A stretch of 64,000 nt of DNA from Candidatus Thorarchaeota archaeon (GTDB lineage: Archaea > Asgardarchaeota > Thorarchaeia > Thorarchaeales > Thorarchaeaceae), in assembly GCA_029855935.1 (NCBI GenBank), contig JAGSHN010000018.1, positions 64,001 through 128,000 of the forward strand, read 5' to 3'. This document shows, one piece after another, positions 56,872 through 64,000 of the stretch (the stretch's first letter is position 1; each line of letters starts with the position of its first letter). Under the pieces are notes generated by a model. It had not been told where the DNA came from and searched no databases. It saw nothing but the letters and a program-made list of their open reading frames with translations. Both the position numbers and the translations under genes were made by a program.

Positions 56872-57923
56872 TCATTCTCAGGGTATGCCACGCCAAGCTC
56901 TCTCAGAGTGTCCCTGATCTCCGGCCGGTCCTCTGTCTGAAGAGCCTCGAGCAGCAGGAGCGCAATACCGTTCGTAGTGACGAGATCTATGTCCTTGACG
57001 CTCAGCTCCCTGCCTCTGACCCCGACAGGCGGTGTGACGTACTCCCCCATCGAGGCGAAGCCCACGGTCTTCCAGAACTCCCGGTCCGTTCTGGTCCACA
57101 TCCACACGATGTCGTCCTTTGGCTCCCCCCTGCTGAGGCGCACTGTCAGACGGGAGAGGGCACCAATCTCATCGCTCCACGCCTCTATTCGGCCATCGGG
57201 AACTCCCCGGACCCTCAGCACCACACGAATCCCGGCGTACGAACGATAGGGCCCGAAGGTCGCCTCCTGGACCGCAATGGACACAGACTCCACCCCAGGC
57301 AACTTGGCCTGTCGCCGCGCGAGCCAGATCGCCTCACGAAAGAGCGGCATCTTGAAGTCCTCCGCTGCGGCGTTCGATGTCGCCCGGAAGGCGCCATATG
57401 CGGCAATGGCAGTGGCCACTGCGACGAGAATCGATGAGAACAGTGGAAGAAGAGTGGTCAGTAGTGGTGCTGTATCCAGGACATAGACTGGGAGAGCAGC
57501 TACAACTATCAGAAGGAGCGGGGGTGTCATGAAGTACCAGAACCTGCTGTTGGGGACCAGCCGGATGTACTGGGCGGGCAGCGTCTTGGCCAGTTGCTCC
57601 GCCTCCTCGATGCTGAGCTCTCTTGAGGACAGCTCCCAGTCCGGCTTGCCGTAGTCGACGACCCGCCTCTTGAATGACCAGCCCACGAGGTAGCCCACAG
57701 TGACTGCAAGGGTGGGCGCTGCGACGAACGTCAGGAGATACGACAACAGTGAAGACCAGTCGACCGCGCCAGTCATCGTTGTGAGAGAGAAGACCCCGAC
57801 GGTGGAGATGACGTCAAGGATCACCGAGGCGACAATGAATGGCCAGAGAGGCCTCTCGACTATGGGTCCAGCGTTCATACGTCCAGCCCTTCCTGCGGGC
57901 ACCTTCAGCGTGGCTATAAGCAT
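56868..57923 (-). CDS. 4-TM membrane protein (paralog family)
   Basis: VDYGKPDWELSSRELSIEEAEQLAKTLPAQYIRL; likely start at ATG 57878. Confidence 0.78.
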   Translation of the reverse strand: MLIATLKVPAGRAGRMNAGPIVERPLWPFIVASVILDVISTVGVFSLTTMTGAVDWSSLLSYLLTFVAAPTLAVTVGYLVGWSFKRRVVDYGKPDWELSSRELSIEEAEQLAKTLPAQYIRLVPNSRFWYFMTPPLLLIVVAALPVYVLDTAPLLTTLLPLFSSILVAVATAIAAYGAFRATSNAAAEDFKMPLFREAIWLARRQAKLPGVESVSIAVQEATFGPYRSYAGIRVVLRVRGVPDGRIEAWSDEIGALSRLTVRLSRGEPKDDIVWMWTRTDREFWKTVGFASMGEYVTPPVGVRGRELSVKDIDLVTTNGIALLLLEALQTEDRPEIRDTLRELGVAYPENE

Positions 57924-57941
57924 TGTCCAACTGGTAGGACA

Positions 57942-58670
57942 TCATATCCTACGAGGGCGGCCCACTGTGCTCATATAGATGACGCTCTCAGAGATGCCAT
58001 CAAGACCGAAGATCCCGTTGACCTCGTCATCAAAGAAGGCCCCTATCTGGCAGGACCCCAGGCCCTCACCGACTGCTGCAAGGGCGAGATTCTGTGCGAT
58101 GTGTGCGGCATCGAGGAAGACATACCTGTAGGCCCGGTCGTGATATCTCGATGCTGAACGGGCAAAGATCGCGCTCCACACGAAGACCGTTGCAGCCCTC
58201 TCGACAGAGTGCTGGTTGAGCGCAGCACGACGCAATCTCACAGAGAAGGTGCCCGTCTCCAGCTGTTCCAGAATGTGTTCTCGAACGTTGTAGTGGTACA
58301 GGCCTGGCTCTAGGCCCTCGACCCGATGTGCTGAGAGATAGGTCTCTATGGGATAGCGTGCGCCTGCAGAGGGTGCGGCCCTCAGACCAAACCCGTGCTC
58401 GTGTGATGTTATCCCCTGAGTCGCCCACAACATCTGCGACAGCTGGCGCATTGTGATCGGGCCGTCTGTGTACTCTCTCACACTGCGCCTGCGCCGGATC
58501 ACGTCCCATAGCGGCTCGCCGCCCTCTGTGGTCGGCGGGTCAAGAGATATTGTCGGCACGTCAGGATAGGACTTGAACATTGTAGGCGCTGGTGGAGCGG
58601 GACCACCACCGCCAAGCTGACCGCGTGAGTATTTCGTTTCTGCCAAGAATCTTGCTCCGGAGGACTCCAT
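57942..58670 (-). CDS. SagB/ThcOx-family nitroreductase-like dehydrogenase
   Basis: RRRSVREY, LWATQG, RAAPSAGARYP, GLYHY, AHIAQN, IGAFFD. Confidence 0.92.
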   Translation of the reverse strand: MESSGARFLAETKYSRGQLGGGGPAPPAPTMFKSYPDVPTISLDPPTTEGGEPLWDVIRRRRSVREYTDGPITMRQLSQMLWATQGITSHEHGFGLRAAPSAGARYPIETYLSAHRVEGLEPGLYHYNVREHILEQLETGTFSVRLRRAALNQHSVERAATVFVWSAIFARSASRYHDRAYRYVFLDAAHIAQNLALAAVGEGLGSCQIGAFFDDEVNGIFGLDGISESVIYMSTVGRPRRI

Positions 58671-58803
58671 CAGCCATCCCTTGCCCGTCTACTGTTCAGA
58701 TTGGTGGCAGGCATAGATTTTAATCATCTGACTATCCCGCCCAAGGACGCAAGACAGAGAGGGACTACTCTGTCCGATAGCGTTCAGAGAGGCGACTGTT
58801 AGG

Positions 58804-60165
58804 ATGCCTGAAGAGAAGAAACTTACTGTCGAGGAGTTGAAGAAGAAGGCCGAGAAACCAGGCAAGGATGCTCTGATTCTGCACCCATTCTACAGGGGAA
58901 AGATCCAGTCCATCGGCAAGGCCCCGGTACGGAGCTTTGATGACTTTGCCATCTGGTACACGCCAGGTGTTGCAAAGGCGTGCCTTGCTATCAAGGACAA
59001 TGAGGACGCGGCCTACGAGATGACCAACAAGGGGAATATGGTGGCGGTCATCAGCGATGGCACACGCGTCCTTGGACTTGGTGACATAGGTCCACTTGCC
59101 GCAGGTCCTGTGATGGAGGGCAAGGCCATCCTCTTCAAGTACCTCGGCGGTGTTGACGCCTGGCCCGTGTGTCTCGACACGAAGGACCCGGACAAGATAA
59201 TCGAGACCGTCAAGATACTGCAGCCCAGCTTTGGAGGCGTCAACCTCGAGGACATATCAAAGCCGAAGTGCTACAAGATCCTAGAGGAACTGCGAAACGA
59301 CCCCGAGGTCAAGATACCGGTGTGGCACGACGATGCCCAGGGTACTGCCACTGTTGTGCTGGCTGGCGTGCTCGGCGGCCTAAGAGTTGTGAAGAAGGAC
59401 ATTGAGAGTGTGAAGGTGGCAATGCTCGGGGTGGGCGCCGCAAACACCAGGACCGCCTATCTGCTCATCGCGGCTGGTGTCGACCCGAAGAACATCATCA
59501 TGGTCGACAGAAAGGGCGCAATCTATGCTGACCGTGAGGACATAGTCGAGAACAAGGACTATGACCCGTTCAAGTACGATCTCGCTCAGAAGACGAATCC
59601 GGACAGACACACCGGGAACCTCGGTGAGGTAATCGACGGCGCCGACGTGCTGATCTCAGCGTCCACTCCAGTACCAGGCACCATCAAGAAGGAGTGGGTC
59701 TCAAAGATGGCTGATGATGCCATCGTGTTCGCCTGCGCGAATCCAATCCCCGAGATATGGCCTTGGGACGCCGTAGACGCCGGGGCGAGAATCGTCGGTA
59801 CTGGCCGGAGCGACTTCCCGAACCAGATCAACAACTCGCTCGGCTTCCCGGGTATTTTCAGGGGCACCCTTGATGTCCAAGCAACAACAATCACCGACGA
59901 GATGTGTATCGCTGCGGCACAGGCCCTCGCAGACCTCGGTGCAAAGGAGGCCAGTGAGAAGAAGGTCATCCCGACGATGGATCAGTGGGAGCTCTATCCT
60001 GCCGAGGCCACCGCTGTGGGAATGAAGGCGATAGAGCAGGGCATTGCCCGCAGGGAGTGGGAAGAGAAGGAGCTCTACGAACACGCAGAGCAGGTCATAC
60101 GGACTGCACGTGCGGCCTCAGACATGCTGTACAAGCAAGGCTTCATCCCGAAGGCTCCAATCTGA
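58804..60165 (+). CDS. mae: NAD(P)-dependent malic enzyme
   Basis: WYTPGVA, DGTRVLGLGDIGP, EGKA, NLEDI, HDDAQGT, ANPIPEI, TGRSDFPNQINN. Confidence 0.96.
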   Translation: MPEEKKLTVEELKKKAEKPGKDALILHPFYRGKIQSIGKAPVRSFDDFAIWYTPGVAKACLAIKDNEDAAYEMTNKGNMVAVISDGTRVLGLGDIGPLAAGPVMEGKAILFKYLGGVDAWPVCLDTKDPDKIIETVKILQPSFGGVNLEDISKPKCYKILEELRNDPEVKIPVWHDDAQGTATVVLAGVLGGLRVVKKDIESVKVAMLGVGAANTRTAYLLIAAGVDPKNIIMVDRKGAIYADREDIVENKDYDPFKYDLAQKTNPDRHTGNLGEVIDGADVLISASTPVPGTIKKEWVSKMADDAIVFACANPIPEIWPWDAVDAGARIVGTGRSDFPNQINNSLGFPGIFRGTLDVQATTITDEMCIAAAQALADLGAKEASEKKVIPTMDQWELYPAEATAVGMKAIEQGIARREWEEKELYEHAEQVIRTARAASDMLYKQGFIPKAPI

Positions 60166-60279
60166 TTGCTGAGAAAATACAGGCTCTGTGCGGGGCAGCC
60201 AAGCTGTTCCACACAGGCCTCATCGCTTTTTCTCATCTAGTTCTTGTGACACGTGACAGCAGATGGTAAGTCTGAGCCC

Positions 60280-62256
60280 TTATCGTATTCTCCGCCAGAG
60301 TATGACCGACCCAACCGAGATTGGTACAAGGCTGATAAGGAGCAGAATGAGTATCTCGCTGACCTTCGGGTTGGGGTCGACACCATCAGGCACAAAGTCG
60401 CCGTCACAGTCGGGATTGAGAGGGTTCAGTCCGTTCTCCAGCTCAAGGAAGTCGTTGAGGCCATCATCGTCGGTGTCGTCGCTGAGAGGGTCGAGGCCCA
60501 TCTGCACCTCCATCAGGTCTGGGACGAGATCGTGATCACCGTCACTGGACAACGGGTCCGCACCATGGGTGAACTCCTCGATGTTTGTCAGGCCGTCGCC
60601 ATCGGGATCCATCTGCGCGTCATCTACCAGCGGATTGATTCCATAGGAGATCTCCCACGGATCGGGCATTCCATCAGCATCCGTGTCGTTGGACACGGGA
60701 GAGGTGCCAATCTCAATCTCACGGTAGTTGGGAATGCCGTCCCTGTCAATATCCCCCTGGGCGTCATCCCGCAACGGGTCCATCCCGTTGACCACCTCTA
60801 CATAGTCAGATATTCCATCTCCGTCGGTATCGGGAAGGAAGATGTCAGTGTGATAGACACGTTCCTCGTCGTCGCTCAGGCCATCACCATCCCAGTCCAG
60901 TGGGGGATCTGGCGGTGGCCAAGAGTACTGCTCACTGTCGGGGACCGAGTCGCCATCTGTGTCCTGTTCGTAGGTGAGGTACACGGTGAACGAACTGTTG
61001 GTGTCGCCAGTATTGCGTATGAGGACGTTCAGCGGCCCTATCGCCGCATCCTGATCGGTGGTTGTAGTGAAGTTCGAGTCCACCACCGATGACAGGATTG
61101 TGTCACCAGATGAGTCCGTCATGGTGATCGACAGGGTCGAGTTAGGGGCAACGATGCCAGACAGTGTGGGACTCTGTTCCATTGTCATCACTGATCGCAG
61201 GACAGTCGACTCGCCCGGAGTGAGAAACGCTTCGATCTTCTGAGTCGTTGCCTGACCGTTGCCTTGCATCCCGAGAAAGACAGCAACACATGCTGCTGCG
61301 CGTGCCACCCACAGCGCCTGCGTCCTGTTGTAGTCTGGACTCCTGGGTGTGTCCTGTGGTGGCATCTCGGGATCAATCTGGTGACCGCTCTTGACATTCA
61401 CGGCGGGAAAGCCCTGGTCCCAGAAGGGTGTGTGGTCGGTGTCCGTCATGACTGACTCACGAACCGTCATGATGTTCTCACCAGAACGGCGCATAAACGT
61501 GTTCAGCAGATCTGCAAGATACTTCGTGCGGTGGTAGCCCTGGCTGGACACAAGATAGTGCTCGGCCACAAGCCGGTGGTCATCAGGCTGTCTGTGCGAA
61601 CGATAGAGGATCTCGTCAAAATTGTACATCGCAATGACATCGACGTTGTCAGACTTCAGAATCGCCGAGACCTCACGTGACCCATACAGAGCCCTCACCG
61701 TCTTCTGTTCGTCCAGAAACTCCATGTTGCCGGAGAAGAACGCGTAGTATATGTCGATTGGCAGACGGTAGTGAGAGAGGATGGATGCAATCGTGATGAC
61801 CACTGCGCAGCCACCCGCATTCTGGTCGATTCCAACACCGACCTCAGGACCGTCCAGATGGGCACCGAAGACGATGGCACGGCTGTCATTGCCGTAGCCT
61901 CGCTGATACCCCACAACAGAGAGATGAGGGCCCCAGTAGGAGGTGTTGAGTCCAAGCCCGGTGAGGTAGTCTATGACGTACTCTGCAGCCTGCTGATAGC
62001 CGGCAGTACCATCGAACCTGTTGCCGAAGTCGTTGAATGTCTCCAACGGAAGCATGATGTCTCCAATGTCACCTAGCTCAAACGGTATGTCCCACCAGTC
62101 CAGAGAGTTGAAGGGGTGTCTCATGGCAGTGAGGGGAGCTGGCTCCTCGGTCTCTTGATCCGGTGGGGTTGGGAAGAGACTGTGATAGCACAGCACGGCG
62201 GCAGAGGAGATCACTACCACAAACACCAGAATGGAGATGGCCTTCCGTCGGTGCAT
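60280..62256 (-). CDS. M28 peptidase-fold protein with TSP3-like Ca-binding repeats and a C-terminal TM anchor
   Basis: Signal anchor MHRRKAIS; GAHLD, DQNAGG, NFDE, TDHTPF; about ten DxDGDG repeats; TM helix followed by RRIR. Confidence 0.85.
   Translation of the reverse strand: MHRRKAISILVFVVVISSAAVLCYHSLFPTPPDQETEEPAPLTAMRHPFNSLDWWDIPFELGDIGDIMLPLETFNDFGNRFDGTAGYQQAAEYVIDYLTGLGLNTSYWGPHLSVVGYQRGYGNDSRAIVFGAHLDGPEVGVGIDQNAGGCAVVITIASILSHYRLPIDIYYAFFSGNMEFLDEQKTVRALYGSREVSAILKSDNVDVIAMYNFDEILYRSHRQPDDHRLVAEHYLVSSQGYHRTKYLADLLNTFMRRSGENIMTVRESVMTDTDHTPFWDQGFPAVNVKSGHQIDPEMPPQDTPRSPDYNRTQALWVARAAACVAVFLGMQGNGQATTQKIEAFLTPGESTVLRSVMTMEQSPTLSGIVAPNSTLSITMTDSSGDTILSSVVDSNFTTTTDQDAAIGPLNVLIRNTGDTNSSFTVYLTYEQDTDGDSVPDSEQYSWPPPDPPLDWDGDGLSDDEERVYHTDIFLPDTDGDGISDYVEVVNGMDPLRDDAQGDIDRDGIPNYREIEIGTSPVSNDTDADGMPDPWEISYGINPLVDDAQMDPDGDGLTNIEEFTHGADPLSSDGDHDLVPDLMEVQMGLDPLSDDTDDDGLNDFLELENGLNPLNPDCDGDFVPDGVDPNPKVSEILILLLISLVPISVGSVILWRRIR
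60370..60965 (-). repeat. DxDGDGhxDxxE calcium-binding (bacterial TSP3-like) repeats
   Basis: DTDGDSVPD, DWDGDGLSD, DTDGDGISD, DIDRDGIPN, DTDADGMPD, DPDGDGLTN and others. Confidence 0.9.
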
Positions 62257-62437
62257 TTCGCTCGTTCCTGGTACCTCGCCTGAGGCCCGCGGATTCCAGC
62301 GGCACTCTGCATAAATATGCGCCGAAAAGAGCAGTGTGGGTCTTCGCTCAGAGCACGAGTGCAGGGGCATAACGATAGGTCTATTTGACGTGTTGCGGTG
62401 AAGCTATGAGCAGCAACAGACCCTGCGAGGTCATCTG

Positions 62438-63550
62438 ATGTCATACGACAGGTGCGTGAGATGCGGCTCCTGCATGAGGTTCTGCCCTCTCTTCGAGGCA
62501 AGAGAGGAGGAGCAGTGGACACCAAGAGCCAAGACCTACCTTCTGCAAGTGATGGACATGATAGAGGCCGACGAGGAGCTCGGCAAGGAGTTCAGACGGC
62601 TTCTATTCCAATGTGCGATGTGCGGGCGTTGCGAGGAGGTATGCTCCTCCGATGTCGATCTGCTTGAGATATGGCACGAACAACGTGCGAAGGCCCGAAA
62701 GGAGGCGCCACGTGAGTTCCAGTATCTGGATGCCCTGAGAAGGGCGATTGCAAATGTGAAAAACATCTACGGCCTAGACCCGGAGGACCGGGCAGTCTTC
62801 TGGATGGACGAGATAGAGGATGATGTGCCAGACATCGAGGAGCGAGTCTACGCGCCCGGCAAGCGTGCAGAGGTGATGGTGTTCCTTGGGTGCCTGATGT
62901 CATTCAGAGCAAGCCAGCTTGATGTGGTCAGAGCGCTCTTCAAGTCGCTTGAGAGAACGGGTACAGACTATCTTGTGATGGGGGCCGAGGAGTTCTGCTG
63001 CGGCCATCCTCTTCATCTGATGGGTGATGACGAGGGGGCCGAAGAGCTGAGGACTCACAACAAGAGTGTGATTGAGGACGCGGGCGCAAAGTATGTTATC
63101 ACCTGCTGTCCCGGCTGCCTGATACAACTCAGACAGTATCACAACATACAGAATGCCGAGGTACTGCATCATACGCAGTTCTTTGACAGGGTACTGGACA
63201 ATCCGCCCAAGTATCGCAGCGAAACAGAATATCCGTATCACGACCCGTGCGAATTGCACCGAATAAGCGGGGTCAAGAAGGAGCCACGCTCCCTGATGAC
63301 AAAGCTGGGCGTGAACTTTCGTGAGATGGACCTCTCGTGCTGTGGCGGCGGCGGACTGCTTAGGATGACCGACCCTGACCTGAGCGAGAAGATAATGGAG
63401 GTCAGAAAGAGAAAGGAGCGTCTTGAGAGCGAGACGGTTCTGACGTGCTGTCCGTCGTGCAGAGAGCAGTTCCTTGCTGCGGGAATAGATACTAAGGACA
63501 TCGTCGAGATACTGGACGAGGCCTTTGAGCAGGAGGAGCTGAAGGAATGA
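62438..63550 (+). CDS. Fe-S oxidoreductase (HdrD/GlpC-like, 2x[4Fe-4S] + two CCG domains)
   Basis: CVRCGSCMRFCP, CAMCGRCEEVC, CCG, CPGC, YHDPC, CCGGGG, CPSC. Confidence 0.92.
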   Translation: MSYDRCVRCGSCMRFCPLFEAREEEQWTPRAKTYLLQVMDMIEADEELGKEFRRLLFQCAMCGRCEEVCSSDVDLLEIWHEQRAKARKEAPREFQYLDALRRAIANVKNIYGLDPEDRAVFWMDEIEDDVPDIEERVYAPGKRAEVMVFLGCLMSFRASQLDVVRALFKSLERTGTDYLVMGAEEFCCGHPLHLMGDDEGAEELRTHNKSVIEDAGAKYVITCCPGCLIQLRQYHNIQNAEVLHHTQFFDRVLDNPPKYRSETEYPYHDPCELHRISGVKKEPRSLMTKLGVNFREMDLSCCGGGGLLRMTDPDLSEKIMEVRKRKERLESETVLTCCPSCREQFLAAGIDTKDIVEILDEAFEQEELKE

Positions 63551-64000
63551 GGCTCAGAGATGTTGTGATTGGTGCGAATGCCTCAATATTCTACAGGCTT
63601 GACTTCTCAAAGATCAAGGATGTCTTTTATCCGCACACAGAGGAGGAAGCAGAACAGGCCATCCGTTTTGCCAGAGAGCGGAGTCTACGGATCACCGTGA
63701 AGGGCGGCGGTTCTGGTCTCAGCGGCGCCTGCACTGGCGGCAATGATGAGCGGATAGTGATCAGCACTCTGTGGTTGAACAAGATACTCCGTATCGACCC
63801 ACAGGGAGGATACATCGATGTCCAGCCCGGGCTCACGCCCGACCTGATAAACGAGGCACTGAAGCCCTATGGAATGAAGTTCTATGTTGCACCCAGCAGC
63901 CGCGATGTCGCCACCGTGGGTGGAATTCTGAGCACAGACGGTGGTGGCAACGACACCTGGGTCAATGGCACAATGCGTGACAACACCCTCCGAGTGAGAA
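63547..64000 (+). CDS. FAD-binding oxidoreductase (GlcD/D-lactate dehydrogenase family), runs off the window edge
   Basis: ATGA overlap; manual translation YPHTEEE...KGGGSGLSGA...LNKILRID...VQPG...PSS..ATVGG. Confidence 0.9.
   Translation, partial: MRLRDVVIGANASIFYRLDFSKIKDVFYPHTEEEAEQAIRFARERSLRITVKGGGSGLSGACTGGNDERIVISTLWLNKILRIDPQGGYIDVQPGLTPDLINEALKPYGMKFYVAPSSRDVATVGGILSTDGGGNDTWVNGTMRDNTLRVR

Noticed and set aside
57942-58670. SagB-type dehydrogenase as part of a RiPP or toxin-maturation cluster
   Set aside because: No YcaO or precursor nearby, it lies outside the island, and standalone members are common in archaea.
60253-61092. 279-aa + strand ORF
   Set aside because: Antisense to the DxDGDG repeat region of the M28-fold gene.

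Overview
Archaeal chromosomal window, most plausibly Asgard (Thorarchaeia-like). This is an inference from archaeal information genes (TFS-like, RFC-S, RIO1, ThiI, DUF2240) mixed with bacterial-type serC and XPB, and from membrane-anchored secreted enzymes with Thr-rich linkers. Most of the window is GC-rich housekeeping DNA. It is interrupted by three visibly more AT-rich accessory segments: ~21.8-24.4 kb (ABC-type ATPase + PD-(D/E)xK-like nuclease), ~32.1-36.2 kb and ~47.6-55.9 kb. Two candidate undescribed systems stand out. (1) A polymorphic toxin/archaeocin-like cassette family: a conserved signal-peptide-like N-terminus and a minimal caspase/CHAT-like His-Cys domain (SHGS...IVLACxS) are fused to variable, very hydrophobic C-terminal domains. 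Each copy is followed by a different tightly coupled gene (candidate immunity), and there are orphan and decayed cassettes. The second array looks like a duplication of the first with an 11.2-kb microhomology deletion. (2) A 722-aa single-pass membrane protein ends in an 11-Cys (CHSA)n RiPP-like tail and is transcribed divergently from an RRE-radical SAM/SPASM enzyme. Also present: an XPB + p52/Tfb2-like pair, an SLC44/CTL-like membrane protein, a TFS paralog lacking its catalytic C-ribbon, and a decayed vapBC pair. No tRNA, rRNA, CRISPR array, integrase or transposase was recognised. All calls come from reading motifs by eye; no searches were run.
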